NCBI GenBank assembly: GCA_046074105.1
Contig: JBJTNQ010000046.1
Location: 1,478-65,477 of the forward strand
Reading direction: 5' to 3'
Length of the DNA: 64,000 nucleotides
From: Sphingobacteriaceae bacterium
GTDB taxonomy: Bacteria; Bacteroidota; Bacteroidia; Sphingobacteriales; Sphingobacteriaceae
Each line of letters opens with the position of its first letter. Positions within the stretch are counted from its first letter, which is position 1. A program made the position numbers and the translations under genes. The notes beneath the pieces are model-generated. The model was not told the DNA's origin and ran no database searches. It worked only from the letters and a program-made list of their open reading frames with translations. Below are positions 28,028-38,091 of this stretch, piece by piece.

Positions 28028-28780
28028 ATGCTCTCTAAATCACAGATCAGTTTTATAAAATCTTTACATCAAAAAAAATACCGAAAAGAAGAGGGTCTTT
28101 TTTTGGTAGAAGGGCTAAAGTCTGTTCTAGAATTTATTGATTCAGCCTATCAGATCCACTCCATTTATTGTACTTCTGACATTGTTCCAAAGTTGGGCAA
28201 AATCTCCCATAATATAAAGCTGGAAGAAGTTAAACCAGAAGAATTAGCCAAAATCAGCGCACTCAATACCCCACAAGACATTTTAGCGCTTGTGAATATT
28301 CCCGAACAACAATTTTTAAAGCCAAATAGTTTGAAAGGATTATTTGCACTGGTTTTAGACGGCATACAGGATCCGGGGAATATGGGCACTATTATCCGTA
28401 CGGCCGACTGGTTTGGCATACAACATATTATATGCTCTAACGATACGGTAGAGGTATATAATCCGAAAGTGGTACAAGCCAGCATGGGCTCTATAGCCCG
28501 GGTGCAAACCGTATATACCGATCTGGTTGTTTTTCTTTCGGAGAGCACACTACCAGCTTTTGCAGCCACTTTAGGTGGAAAATCTATTTACGAAACCGAT
28601 TTCAAATCAGAAGGGCTGATCATTTTGGGGAATGAAGGCAATGGAATACGTAAAGAGATACTCGAAAAAGCAAAAAAACATGTCACCATTCCTCGTTTTG
28701 GTTCCACAGAATCGCTTAATGTAGCCGTAAGTGCCGGCATATTTTGCTCGGCCATCAGAATGGGCACAGCCAAGGCCTAA
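28028..28780 (+). CDS. TrmH/SpoU family RNA 2'-O-methyltransferase
   Basis: ATG 28028. DGIQDPGNMGTIIRTA, LGNEGNGI, SLNVAVSAGI motifs. Confidence 0.85.
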   Translation: MLSKSQISFIKSLHQKKYRKEEGLFLVEGLKSVLEFIDSAYQIHSIYCTSDIVPKLGKISHNIKLEEVKPEELAKISALNTPQDILALVNIPEQQFLKPNSLKGLFALVLDGIQDPGNMGTIIRTADWFGIQHIICSNDTVEVYNPKVVQASMGSIARVQTVYTDLVVFLSESTLPAFAATLGGKSIYETDFKSEGLIILGNEGNGIRKEILEKAKKHVTIPRFGSTESLNVAVSAGIFCSAIRMGTAKA

Positions 28781-28785
28781 AAACT

Positions 28786-30702
28786 CTAATTCATTCTTTC
28801 GCTCAGCTCTAGCCAGCGCATTTCTTTTTCATCAAGCGAAGCTATAATCTCACTTACACGGTTAGCCAATTGCTGTAGTTCATCATAAGGCAAATCGCCG
28901 GAATTCATCTTGCTTTCTAAATCGGTTTTTTCAACATTTAGCAAAGTAATGTCTTTTTCCAGCTCCTCAAACTCTCTTTTTTCTTTAAAGCTGAGCTGTG
29001 TTTTTGCTTTTACAGAATGATTTTCCGCCGACGGTGCAGCCGCAGGCTTGGCAGCCATAATTTGATTATTATTTAGAGCAGGCTGTTTGGTTTCATCTTT
29101 TAAGCCCTTGGCAATCGCATCGCGATATTGGGAGTAGCTACCCGGATAATCGCGAATTACGCCATTTCCTTCAAAAGCAAATAAATGATCAACAATCCGG
29201 TCCATAAAATAGCGGTCGTGGCTTACAATTAAAATACATCCCGGATATTCCAGCAGAAACTCCTCAAGCGTTCTTAAGGTCTGCAGATCCAGATCGTTGG
29301 TGGGCTCATCCAGAACCAAAAAATTAGGATTCCTGAATAAAACGCTCAATAATTGCAGTCGCCTTTTCTCCCCTCCACTTAATTTACTTAAAGGCGTGTA
29401 TTGTTGTTGGGCATTAAAGCCGAATTTTTCCATAAACTGGCCGGCACCTATCTTGGAACCATCGGCTAAGGGAAAATATTCGCCCATGGTTTTCACATAT
29501 TCTATGGCACGCATATCTTCTTCATAAGCCAAACCATCTTGCCCAAAATTGCCAAAAACAATGGTCTCGCCCTGACTTATCTTACCACTATCTGACTTTT
29601 CGAGCTGCAAAGCTATTTTAAGAAATGTTGACTTCCCTACTCCATTCTTACCCACCACACCAATTCGTTCGCCTTTTTTGAAAATATAATCGAAGTCTTT
29701 CATAATAACCAGGTCGCCATAGCTTTTAGAAACTTTCTCCAGTTCCAAAATCTTACCGCCCAATCGGGTCATTTTAATTTGAAGACTTACTTCAGTAACT
29801 TCTTTCTTTTGCTTCACCCGATCTTCAACATCGGCAAAAGCATCCTGACGGCTCTTACTTTTGGTGGTTCGGGCTTTAGGCTGCCTACGCATCCATTCCA
29901 ATTCCCTGCGATAGGTATTCTTATCTTTTTCGAGTTCACTTTGTTCTATTTCCTGGCGCAAACTCTTTTGTTCTAAAAAGTAATCGTAGTTGCCTTTGTA
30001 AACAAATACCCGCTCTTCATCTATCTCTACAATCTCATTACAAACTGCATCCAAGAAATACCTATCGTGGGTAACCAATAATAAAGTTAGTTTTTGTGCA
30101 CTCAGAAAATCTTCCAGCCACTCAATCATTCCCACATCTAGGTGGTTGGTAGGCTCATCCAGAATTAACAAACATTTACCTTCATGCAGTTGCGCTTCAA
30201 TTAAGGCTTGAGCCAAAGCTACCCGTTTTTTCTGCCCTCCGCTTAAATTTCCAACCGGTTCATTCAGGTGGTGTAAATTCAGTTTTCCTAAAATCTGCTT
30301 CATTTGGCTCTCAAAATTCCAGGCATTCAGTTCATCCAGTTCGCCCATTAATTTGGCCAAATGATCATGATCATCAGAACCATTTTCTAAAAACTGCTCA
30401 TACTCTTTAACCACCCTAACCACCTGATTATCTAGGTGTAATACATTGTCCCAGATAGATTTAGTACCGTCAAAATCTTTATCTTGCTGCAGCATTACGG
30501 TTTTAATATCCTTGTGCACCCATACGGTGCCACTATCGGCAGTATCTAAACCCGCCAATATTTTCATCAGGGTACTTTTACCGCTCCCATTTCGGGCTAC
30601 TAATGCAATTTTATCGCCTTCATCAATATTAATCGTAATGTTTTTAAAGAGGGTTCGTATCCCAAAAGATTTGGTCAGATTTTCAACCGAAGCATAATTC
30701 AT
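28786..30702 (-). CDS. ABC-F family ATPase (no TM domain)
   Basis: 638 aa. Two ABC cassettes (GRNGSGKST, GKNGVGKST, 2x LSGG) and a C-terminal coiled coil. Confidence 0.92.
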   Translation of the reverse strand: MNYASVENLTKSFGIRTLFKNITINIDEGDKIALVARNGSGKSTLMKILAGLDTADSGTVWVHKDIKTVMLQQDKDFDGTKSIWDNVLHLDNQVVRVVKEYEQFLENGSDDHDHLAKLMGELDELNAWNFESQMKQILGKLNLHHLNEPVGNLSGGQKKRVALAQALIEAQLHEGKCLLILDEPTNHLDVGMIEWLEDFLSAQKLTLLLVTHDRYFLDAVCNEIVEIDEERVFVYKGNYDYFLEQKSLRQEIEQSELEKDKNTYRRELEWMRRQPKARTTKSKSRQDAFADVEDRVKQKKEVTEVSLQIKMTRLGGKILELEKVSKSYGDLVIMKDFDYIFKKGERIGVVGKNGVGKSTFLKIALQLEKSDSGKISQGETIVFGNFGQDGLAYEEDMRAIEYVKTMGEYFPLADGSKIGAGQFMEKFGFNAQQQYTPLSKLSGGEKRRLQLLSVLFRNPNFLVLDEPTNDLDLQTLRTLEEFLLEYPGCILIVSHDRYFMDRIVDHLFAFEGNGVIRDYPGSYSQYRDAIAKGLKDETKQPALNNNQIMAAKPAAAPSAENHSVKAKTQLSFKEKREFEELEKDITLLNVEKTDLESKMNSGDLPYDELQQLANRVSEIIASLDEKEMRWLELSERMN

Positions 30703-30707
30703 AGGCG

Positions 30708-30715
30708 CAAAGGTA
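30708..30715 (-). promoter_or_regulatory. candidate -7 box TACCTTTG, 5 nt upstream of the ABC-F ATG
   Basis: - strand reads TACCTTTGCGCCT-ATG, the same 13-mer as at 33057-33069. Confidence 0.45.
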
Positions 30716-30842
30716 ACATCGGCATGGCTAATAAATCATTTAAAACCGAAATTTGAAAGCAATAAATTCCAAGCCGATGCTAATTAGACCAATCAACTAA
30801 ATAAAAGCTGTAGAATTATAGTTATTAAAAATAATATTTTAC

Positions 30843-30850
30843 TATTTTTG
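30843..30850 (+). promoter_or_regulatory. candidate -7 box TATTTTTG for tRNA-Cys
   Basis: Matches TAnnTTTG, 16 nt upstream of the tRNA 5' end. Confidence 0.4.
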
Positions 30851-30866
30851 CAAGCCTTAAAACAAG

Positions 30867-30937
30867 GGTCGGATGGCCGAGTGGCTAGGCAGAGGTCTGC
30901 AAAACCTTTTACAGCGGTTCGAATCCGCTTCCGACCT
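30867..30937 (+). tRNA. tRNA-Cys (anticodon GCA)
   Basis: 71-nt cloverleaf. Acceptor GGTCGGA/TCCGACC, anticodon stem GAGGT/ACCTT with loop CTGCAAA, T arm AGCGG-TTCGAAT-CCGCT, discriminator U73 (Cys identity element). Confidence 0.93.
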
Positions 30938-30964
30938 CTATTAAAAAACTTAAAAACAAATACA

Positions 30965-31144
30965 ATGGGAGTAACTCGTTTAAAAAGAAAAGACAGAAGA
31001 AACAAAACTGTTTCTCGTTTAGAAGTTCAGTTCTTAAAATTGGCTCACAACATCGAAACCGGAAGCCGTTCTAAAGAAAAAGCAAGCAGCCAGGTTTCTA
31101 AAAACAATGCAGTTCTAGCTCAGCTTGAAGCTAAAGCAAAGTAA
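30965..31144 (+). CDS. small basic hypothetical protein (59 aa)
   Basis: ATG 30965 is 28 nt after tRNA-Cys. MGVTRLKRKDRRNKTVSRLEVQFLKL.. is K/R-rich. It shares the terminator at 31235-31270. The upstream part of the track ORF overlaps the tRNA. Confidence 0.35.
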   Translation: MGVTRLKRKDRRNKTVSRLEVQFLKLAHNIETGSRSKEKASSQVSKNNAVLAQLEAKAK

Positions 31145-31194
31145 TATACGCTGTAACATAGGGCTGGTCGAAATGTGCCAGAAAGAGCGAATCA

Positions 31195-31217
31195 TCCTTA
31201 GACAAGTTCAAGATGAC
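31195..31217 (+). repeat. solo copy of a dispersed 23-nt element (TCCTTAGACAAGTTCAAGATGAC)
   Basis: 21/23 identical to the reverse complement of 61839-61861. Confidence 0.7.
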
Positions 31218-31234
31218 CCTAAACTCAAAATCTT

Positions 31235-31270
31235 AAAATCCCGGTTAACTCGTTTAACCGGGATTTTTTT
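31235..31270. terminator. bidirectional rho-independent terminator (small ORF / pyrD)
   Basis: AAAAT-CCCGGTTAA-CTCGT-TTAACCGGG-ATTTTTTT. Confidence 0.75.
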
Positions 31271-32300
31271 ATGCCTTATTGTTCAATATTTGGCGATTGA
31301 TCTCTTTAATCAGGCCTGGACCTTCATAAATAAAACCGGTATACAACTGAACTAAAGAAGCTCCGGCATTTAATTTCTCTAAGGCATCGGCTGGAGAGTG
31401 AATACCCCCTACTCCAATGATCGGGAAGGATCCTTTAGATTTTTGATGCAGGTACGCAATTACTTCGGTAGATCGTTTGCGAAGTGGTTTGCCGCTTAAT
31501 CCACCCATTTGATTTTTCAGGCTTTCGCCCGATGTTAAACCTTCACGGCTTAGGGTAGTATTGGTTGCAATAATTCCCGAAATTTTAGTTGTTTGTACAA
31601 TTTCTACAATATCGTTTAACTGCTCATCGGTCAAATCGGGAGCAATTTTCAGCAAAATAGGCTTAGGCTTCTCTTTTTGATTATTGCGCTCCTGAAGGGT
31701 ATTTAAAATATGCATTAGGGGTTCTTTTTCTTGCAGCTCACGCAATCCGGGGGTATTAGGCGAACTCACATTTACCACAAAATAATCTACTACCTCAAAC
31801 AAACGATCAAAACAGATGATATAGTCATTTACCGCCTCTTCATTAGGCGTTAATTTATTCTTACCAATGTTTCCGCCAATAACTAATTCCTCTCGATTCA
31901 CATTCTTCAAACGGTCGGCAGCTACGTCTACCCCCTGATTATTAAAACCCATTCTGTTAATTAACCCTTCATCCGCCGGAAGGCGAAACATACGAGGCTT
32001 ATCATTTCCGGGCTGAGGTAAAGGGGTTACGGTACCTATTTCAATAAAGCCAAAACCTAAAGCTGCAAACTCTTCAATATATTGGGCATTTTTATCAAAG
32101 CCGGCAGCTAAACCTACGGGGTTTTTAAATTTCAAACCTAAAACTTCTCGGTGCAGCCGCTCATCATTTAATTCAAACGCTTTTTTAGTTAAATTTTTAA
32201 TCGATGAAAACCGGAATAATCTTTTTAGGAAAGCGGTAACCGCGTGGTGTATCTTTTCGGGATCGAATTGAAAAAGAAGAGCTTTGAGCAATGAATACAT
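31269..32300 (-). CDS. pyrD: dihydroorotate dehydrogenase (quinone), class 2
   Basis: 343 aa. [33 protein letters not shown] motifs. Confidence 0.93.
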   Translation of the reverse strand: MYSLLKALLFQFDPEKIHHAVTAFLKRLFRFSSIKNLTKKAFELNDERLHREVLGLKFKNPVGLAAGFDKNAQYIEEFAALGFGFIEIGTVTPLPQPGNDKPRMFRLPADEGLINRMGFNNQGVDVAADRLKNVNREELVIGGNIGKNKLTPNEEAVNDYIICFDRLFEVVDYFVVNVSSPNTPGLRELQEKEPLMHILNTLQERNNQKEKPKPILLKIAPDLTDEQLNDIVEIVQTTKISGIIATNTTLSREGLTSGESLKNQMGGLSGKPLRKRSTEVIAYLHQKSKGSFPIIGVGGIHSPADALEKLNAGASLVQLYTGFIYEGPGLIKEINRQILNNKA

Positions 32301-32386
32301 AAAGTAAAAATAGCAGTTTTAGTTCATATTTATATAGAATAAAGCCATAGTTAGCCGTTATAACAATATTAATTCGTATATTAAGC

Positions 32387-33040
32387 ATGATGTTCGGGCC
32401 CTTATTTAGTCTGCGTTTCTTTCTGCACCGGGTATTGTTATTGCCGGCAATACTATTCCTTTTTATGGGCCTACCCAAAGCGCAGGCTCAAAATTGGGAT
32501 ATCCGGGTACTCAATTGCATTAACAGCCCTTCGGAGGGCGACCCGGACAATGGTCTGAAATACCTCTCAGACCATGCCTTCATCATTGATGCTGGTGTTC
32601 CGCTCGGTTTAATTGCTGCAGGATATATTAAAAATGATATTGATCTGAGGAATAAAGGCCTGGCCATAGCGGCATCATTTGTTGGCAATACCCTGATCAC
32701 AACCGCTCTTAAAGACCTTATTAAACGTCCTCGCCCCTTTGAAACCTATCCGGATCTCATTTATAAAAAAAGCAATGCAGGTTCTTATTCCTTCCCATCG
32801 GGGCATACCTCTTCGGTGTTTTCTACTGCCACTTCACTCAGTCTGCATTTCCCCAAATGGTATGTCATTATTCCGGCGTATACCTATGCCGTAGGTGTGG
32901 GCTATACCCGCATGGATCTGGGCGTACATTACCCCAGCGATGTAATTGCAGGCGCCATTATAGGCTCTGGCACAGCCTACCTGAGCTGGAAAATAAATAA
33001 AGCCTTAAAACGGAAGCATAGCACGCCAAAGGGGGCTTAA
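32387..33040 (+). CDS. PAP2 family phosphatase
   Basis: 217 aa. KDLIKRPRP, FPSGHTS, GVHYPSDV. Confidence 0.8.
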   Translation: MMFGPLFSLRFFLHRVLLLPAILFLFMGLPKAQAQNWDIRVLNCINSPSEGDPDNGLKYLSDHAFIIDAGVPLGLIAAGYIKNDIDLRNKGLAIAASFVGNTLITTALKDLIKRPRPFETYPDLIYKKSNAGSYSFPSGHTSSVFSTATSLSLHFPKWYVIIPAYTYAVGVGYTRMDLGVHYPSDVIAGAIIGSGTAYLSWKINKALKRKHSTPKGA

Positions 33041-33056
33041 TTAAGCTGTTTTTTTG

Positions 33057-33064
33057 TACCTTTG
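33057..33064 (+). promoter_or_regulatory. candidate -7 box TACCTTTG, 7 nt upstream of the ABC-F ATG
   Basis: TACCTTTGCGCCTAA-ATG. Confidence 0.45.
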
Positions 33065-33071
33065 CGCCTAA

Positions 33072-34985
33072 ATGATCGCAATAAACAACCTTACGTTCGA
33101 GATTGGTGCAAGGGCCTTATACGACGATGCCAACTGGCATATCAAACCGGGAGAAAAAATTGGCTTAATTGGAGCCAATGGTACCGGTAAAACCACACTT
33201 TTAAAGATTATTGTTGGCGAGTATACCCCAACAAGCGGCACCATTTCTATGGCTAAGGATCTTAAAATGGGTTATCTGAACCAAGATCTGCTATCGTCGC
33301 AGGCAGACAATACCATACTGCATGTGGCTATGGAAGCTTTCGAACGTCAGAACCAATTGCATGATGAAATTGAAGCACTGTTAAAAAAACTGGAAACCGA
33401 TTATTCTGACGACCTATTGCACAAACTGAGCGATAAACAGCATGAATTTGAGGCTTTAGATGGTTATAACATTGAATACCGTGCCCACGAAATTTTAGCA
33501 GGTCTGGGTTTTAGCGAAGCCGATACCCGACGCAATCTTTCTGAATTTTCAGGAGGCTGGCGCATGCGGGTTATTCTGGCAAAGATCTTGTTACAATCTC
33601 CAGATATCTTATTGCTAGATGAGCCTACCAACCACCTGGATTTACCCTCTATTAAATGGCTGGAAACTTATTTACAAGCCTTTGAAGGTGCTATTGTAAT
33701 TGTTTCTCACGATAGGTATTTCTTGGATCGGGTGGTAAACCGTATTGTAGAATCTCGTAAAGGAAAACTAACTCCTTATGCCGGTAATTACAGCTTTTAT
33801 TTAGAGGAGAAAAGCTTACGCGAAGAAATCCAAAGTGGCCAATATAAAAACCAACAAGCTAAAATAAAGCAGGAAGAACGCCTCATTGAACGTTTTAGAG
33901 CAAAAGCCAGTAAGGCAAAGATGGCACAATCGCGAATTAAGGCATTAGAGCGAATGGAACGGGTAGATGATGTAGATGACGATAACCCTACGGTAAATTT
34001 CAGCTTTAAATTTAGCAAACAGTCGGGCCGGCATGTGGTTAGAATAGAAGATATCATTAAAGCCTATCCGGGTGTACCCATTCTGAATAATGCAACCGCA
34101 ACTATTGAAAAAGGTGACAAAATTGCCTTAATTGGAGCCAACGGACGAGGAAAATCTACCCTCTTGCGTATTGTAGCCGGAGCCGACAAAAAATTTGAAG
34201 GTATGTGCGAAACCGGGCACAACGTTACCCAAACCTTTTTTGCACAGCACCAACTGGAAGCCTTACATCTGGAAAACGAAATACTTCGCGAACTGCAGGC
34301 CTTCGCTCCCAAACATACCGAAACTGAATTGCGTTCTATTCTAGGTTGTTTCCTCTTTACCGGCGATGATGCTTTTAAAAAGATTAAAGTACTTTCCGGA
34401 GGAGAAAAATCTCGTGTGGCCTTAGCCAAGGCCTTAACGGCCGATGCCAACTTCCTAATACTGGATGAGCCCACCAACCACTTGGATATTCAGTCGGTAA
34501 ACATCTTAATTCAGGCACTAAAACAATTTGAAGGTACTTTTATTGTGGTTTCACACGACAGGTACTTACTAGACAATGTGGCCAATAAGATCTGGTTTAT
34601 CGAAGATCAGGAAATCAAGGAATATCCGGGAACTTATGCCGAATATGAAGAATGGAACAGCAAACGGGTATATACTCCTAAAACAGTAGCCGCCCCTAAA
34701 AAGGAAGAGAAGAAAGAAGTAAAGCCTGCTCCTGCCAGCGATGAAAAAGGAAAAGAGATTAAGAAGCTGAACCAAACCTTACAGCACTTAGAAACCGAAG
34801 TAGGCAAGCTTGAACTATCGGTTAAACAAACGGAAGAAGAATTGGCTCAACCCGAAATTTTTGGCGATGCGGTAAAACTTTCTGAAGCCAATGCTCGTTA
34901 TCAAAGTTTAAAGGCTCAACTGAGCGAAAAACAAGCCGAATGGGAAGAAATGGCAGAAAAAATAATGGAACTGGAATCTATTTAA
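33072..34985 (+). CDS. ABC-F family ATPase (no TM domain)
   Basis: 637 aa. GANGTGKTT and GANGRGKST Walker A, 2x SGG signature, K/E-rich C-terminal coiled coil. Confidence 0.92.
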   Translation: MIAINNLTFEIGARALYDDANWHIKPGEKIGLIGANGTGKTTLLKIIVGEYTPTSGTISMAKDLKMGYLNQDLLSSQADNTILHVAMEAFERQNQLHDEIEALLKKLETDYSDDLLHKLSDKQHEFEALDGYNIEYRAHEILAGLGFSEADTRRNLSEFSGGWRMRVILAKILLQSPDILLLDEPTNHLDLPSIKWLETYLQAFEGAIVIVSHDRYFLDRVVNRIVESRKGKLTPYAGNYSFYLEEKSLREEIQSGQYKNQQAKIKQEERLIERFRAKASKAKMAQSRIKALERMERVDDVDDDNPTVNFSFKFSKQSGRHVVRIEDIIKAYPGVPILNNATATIEKGDKIALIGANGRGKSTLLRIVAGADKKFEGMCETGHNVTQTFFAQHQLEALHLENEILRELQAFAPKHTETELRSILGCFLFTGDDAFKKIKVLSGGEKSRVALAKALTADANFLILDEPTNHLDIQSVNILIQALKQFEGTFIVVSHDRYLLDNVANKIWFIEDQEIKEYPGTYAEYEEWNSKRVYTPKTVAAPKKEEKKEVKPAPASDEKGKEIKKLNQTLQHLETEVGKLELSVKQTEEELAQPEIFGDAVKLSEANARYQSLKAQLSEKQAEWEEMAEKIMELESI

Positions 34986-36280
34986 GAATCCTAAGCCTCT
35001 TTTCTATTTTTCTGCTTTGCGGTTTGTTGGCCTGTGCGCAAAAAAAGCAAAGGATCATTGTAAGCAAAGCTCCAGATCAGGAATTACGCTATGCCAACCA
35101 GGTTTACCTACCCGAAATTAAAACCGTAGAACTTTACAATCGGCAAAAAGAACAATCTTTTCCGGTATATACCTTAGGTTCTACAGAGGAACTGGTACTG
35201 GCTTTTGACGACCTCAGACCTGGCACCCGAAACATTTACTATACCCTTGAGCATTGCGATGCGGATTGGAATAGCAGCCGCTTGTCGCCTATAGATTATT
35301 TGGAGAATTTTCCCGAAGAACGCATTAATGACTACCGGAATTCCTTTAACACCTTACAGCAATTTACGCACTACGAGGTAAACATCCCGAACCTCAGTAT
35401 TAAACCAAAGCTATCTGGCAATTACCTCTTAAAAGTTTATGAGGATGGCGATCAGCGAAAACTGCTGCTAACAAGGAAGCTTTATGTACTTAATCCGATG
35501 GTGGCCTTAAATGCAGAAATAGTTCGGTCTAATGAATTAGACGCCAGGAATGAGAATCAGAAAATTAATTTTGCAGTAAATACCGGCAAGCTCAATATCC
35601 AAAACCCCTACCTCGATATTAAAGCTAAAGTATTTCAGAATGGCCGTGATGACCAAATGCAAAGCACAGAACGCCCCAGTTTTGTACGTGCCGATCAATT
35701 GATCTACAATGATATCCGGGGCTTAGATTTTAAAGGCTTAAATGAGTTCAGAAGATTTGATATCCGCAGCCTTCGTTTCCAATCAGAAAGAGTAAGTGCT
35801 ATTACAATCGACACCATAAACACGGTCACTTTAACACCCGAGCCCTCTTATCAGCCGGATGCATATAGTTTTGTTTTTGATGAGAATGGCACATTTTTCA
35901 TCCGAAATCAGGAAGGCAGAAACGACCGCACCGATGCCGATTATGCTCGGGTTAAGTTTCGTTTAAATGCACGTCAGCCTACAGAAAGCGGCCATGCCTA
36001 CATTATTGGCGGCTTTAACGATTATCAGCTAAAAGAAGAGAACAGAATGACTTATGAGGAAAGCAGCAAACGCTTTGTGGGTGCTGCCTTTGTAAAACAA
36101 GGCCTGTACAATTACCAGTATATTTGGGTTAATGCGGCTGGCGAAAAAGATCTATCCCGGTTTGAAGGTTCGCACTTCGAAACTGAGAACAATTACCAAA
36201 TTCTCATTTATTACCGTAAAACCGGTGCCCGCTGGGATGAATTAGTGGGCTTTAGCCAGATCAATTCTGTAAGTCGATAA
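34940..36280 (+). CDS. DUF5103 domain protein (T9SS plug-domain family)
   Basis: 446 aa. Lipoprotein-like signal (LLACAQ). Conserved ..[11 protein letters not shown].. block. Start overlaps the ABC-F 3' end by 46 nt. Confidence 0.75.
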   Translation: MGRNGRKNNGTGIYLRILSLFSIFLLCGLLACAQKKQRIIVSKAPDQELRYANQVYLPEIKTVELYNRQKEQSFPVYTLGSTEELVLAFDDLRPGTRNIYYTLEHCDADWNSSRLSPIDYLENFPEERINDYRNSFNTLQQFTHYEVNIPNLSIKPKLSGNYLLKVYEDGDQRKLLLTRKLYVLNPMVALNAEIVRSNELDARNENQKINFAVNTGKLNIQNPYLDIKAKVFQNGRDDQMQSTERPSFVRADQLIYNDIRGLDFKGLNEFRRFDIRSLRFQSERVSAITIDTINTVTLTPEPSYQPDAYSFVFDENGTFFIRNQEGRNDRTDADYARVKFRLNARQPTESGHAYIIGGFNDYQLKEENRMTYEESSKRFVGAAFVKQGLYNYQYIWVNAAGEKDLSRFEGSHFETENNYQILIYYRKTGARWDELVGFSQINSVSR

Positions 36281-36308
36281 AAATATTTCCCATTTTGGGA
36301 ACTTTTAT

Positions 36309-36316
36309 TATATTTG
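36309..36316 (+). promoter_or_regulatory. candidate -7 box TATATTTG for the higBA operon
   Basis: Matches TAnnTTTG, 16 nt upstream of the TTG start at 36333. Confidence 0.4.
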
Positions 36317-36332
36317 TATAAACGAGATAAAC

Positions 36333-36626
36333 TTGAGGGTAATCGCCAAAAAAGTACTTCGAGATTTTTGGGAAGCCCATGCAGACAGTAAGGAGCAATT
36401 GAAATCCTGGTATCGGGAAACCTGCAATGCAAATTGGAAAGAGCCCAATGAAATTAAAAATGAGTACCCCAGTGCTAGTTTTTTAGCACAAAATCGAGTG
36501 GTATTTAACATTAAAGGAAATAAGTATCGGCTTATTGTGAAAATAAATTACGATTACCAAATGATGTGGATTCGATTTATTGGCACACATAGTGAATATG
36601 ATAAAATTGAGGCTAATAATATTTAG
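36333..36626 (+). CDS. higB: type II toxin HigB (RelE-fold mRNA interferase, HigB_toxin family)
   Basis: 97 aa with a TTG start. RVIAKKVLRDFWE..W..P.EIK..Y.SASFL..NRVVFNIKGNKYRLIVKINY...MWIRFIGTHSEYDKI matches the family over its full length. Confidence 0.85.
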   Translation: MRVIAKKVLRDFWEAHADSKEQLKSWYRETCNANWKEPNEIKNEYPSASFLAQNRVVFNIKGNKYRLIVKINYDYQMMWIRFIGTHSEYDKIEANNI

Positions 36627-36628
36627 AA

Positions 36629-36991
36629 ATGATGAATATTAAACCTATAAAAAACGAAGCGGATTACCTAGAAGCATTAGCAAGGCTAGAGTTAATTTTC
36701 GATGCCAAAAAAGATAGCCCTGAAGGTGATGAATTAGAGATACTAAGTATTTTGATAGAGAAATATGAAGATGAAAAATTTCCTATTGACTTACCAGATC
36801 CGGTAGAAGCTATCAAATTCCGCATGGAGCAAATGGATTACAGTCAAACAGATTTAGCCCGTGTTGTAGGATTAAAAAGCCGGGCAAGCGAAATTCTAAA
36901 TAAGAAAAGGAAATTAAGCCTCGAAATGATCCGACAGTTGCATGAAAGCCTAAAAATACCAACGGAAGTTCTAATTCAACAATATAAATAA
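36629..36991 (+). CDS. higA: HigA antitoxin (XRE-type HTH)
   Basis: 120 aa. N-terminal IKNEADYLEALARLE..GDELE.L..LIEKYE and C-terminal HTH (TDLARVVG.KSRASEILN.KR.LS). Starts 2 nt after higB. Confidence 0.85.
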   Translation: MMNIKPIKNEADYLEALARLELIFDAKKDSPEGDELEILSILIEKYEDEKFPIDLPDPVEAIKFRMEQMDYSQTDLARVVGLKSRASEILNKKRKLSLEMIRQLHESLKIPTEVLIQQYK

Positions 36992-36993
36992 AA

Positions 36994-37389
36994 ATGTCTT
37001 TTAGTCTTAATCAAATACAATCTGCCCATGCTAAAGTAAAAAGTGGTGCCGATTTTCCGCGTTATATCCAGAACCTGATTCAACTTGGTTTAAAGAGTTA
37101 TGAAACCTTTGTATCTGATGGACATTCGGTCTATTTTGGTGAGGCCGATTTTACGCTGCGGTCAGATTCGAAATATCCGAGTCTGTCCATCTCCGATCAA
37201 AGCGATAGTGAAAAATTCAAACATTATTTAAAGATCCATCAGCTGGGCGAAACCGATTACCGTACTTTCTGCAATCATGCCGCCGAATGCGGTGTAGAAA
37301 AATGGATAATTGACACTACAGCAATGACCTGTGTATATTATGATAAAGCAGGAAATGAGCTGATCAAAGAAACTATACCAGCTTTGTAG
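36994..37389 (+). CDS. DUF1398 (YbcV-like) protein
   Basis: 131 aa. FPRYIQNL..GV..Y...VSDGH..Y....D block typical of DUF1398. Starts 2 nt after higA. Confidence 0.8.
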   Translation: MSFSLNQIQSAHAKVKSGADFPRYIQNLIQLGLKSYETFVSDGHSVYFGEADFTLRSDSKYPSLSISDQSDSEKFKHYLKIHQLGETDYRTFCNHAAECGVEKWIIDTTAMTCVYYDKAGNELIKETIPAL

Positions 37390-38047
37390 CCCTAAGCATT
37401 TCTCTTTTTCCAGGCGCTCCCGGTGCTTTCTCTATAGTAAATCCTAAAGACCTCATGCTTCTTTTCAGATTGCCGGTTATAGCATAAGTTACAAATACAC
37501 CACCAGGCTTTAAATACCTGCAAACTTTTTCCAACGCCTCAGTGGTCCACATTTCAGGCTGGTGTATAGCTGCAAAAGCATCGAAATAGATCAGATCATA
37601 AACCTGATTTGATTCAAAATCCTGCAAAAGACGATTATCTATTTTTAATTCGCAAAGCGGATGTATTTTAACCTTGTCCTTTAAGGCCAATTCATAATTT
37701 GCCCTAAATTCCATCCAGGTTTCGGCGGCTACAAACTGATCGTAACCAGTTTGACTTATCAATTCCAGATCTAATGGAAATGCCTCTATAGCCGTATAAT
37801 TCAACCCAATATGGTGTTTTTTACAATAATCGGCAGTGAGCAAAAAGTTTAAACCCGTACCTAAACCTACTTCTAAAACCGCAACCGCTTTGGCGGGATA
37901 TTGTTCTAACAGATAAACCAGACCCGATTGCAGGAACACGTGCTTGCTTTCCTGCAATGCTCCATGTTTAGAATGATAGTTCTCTCCTATTTCAGCATGA
38001 TACAGGGTTTGTGAACCATCGGCAGTAATCACCAGATAAGGTTTCAT
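37373..38047 (-). CDS. mnmD: tRNA (mnm5s2U34)-methyltransferase MnmD-like SAM methyltransferase
   Basis: 224 aa. TADGS.TLY......E.YHS..GA..ES.HVF...GL, E.G.GTGLNF, DAFAP-like DAFAA. Confidence 0.8.
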   Translation of the reverse strand: MKPYLVITADGSQTLYHAEIGENYHSKHGALQESKHVFLQSGLVYLLEQYPAKAVAVLEVGLGTGLNFLLTADYCKKHHIGLNYTAIEAFPLDLELISQTGYDQFVAAETWMEFRANYELALKDKVKIHPLCELKIDNRLLQDFESNQVYDLIYFDAFAAIHQPEMWTTEALEKVCRYLKPGGVFVTYAITGNLKRSMRSLGFTIEKAPGAPGKREMLRATKLV

Positions 38048-38091
38048 GTTTTTCAGTTTACGGCAAATATAAACAGTAAAGCGAACAAGAT

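Noticed and set aside
30848-30964. N-terminal extension of the 98-aa ORF 30848-31144.
   Set aside because: This part overlaps tRNA-Cys on the same strand. Only the portion from ATG 30965 is kept, and at low confidence.
36211-36511. Minus-strand ORFs 36211-36432 and 36308-36511 across the higB promoter and 5' region.
   Set aside because: They overlap the well-supported DUF5103 3' end and higB, and they match no family.
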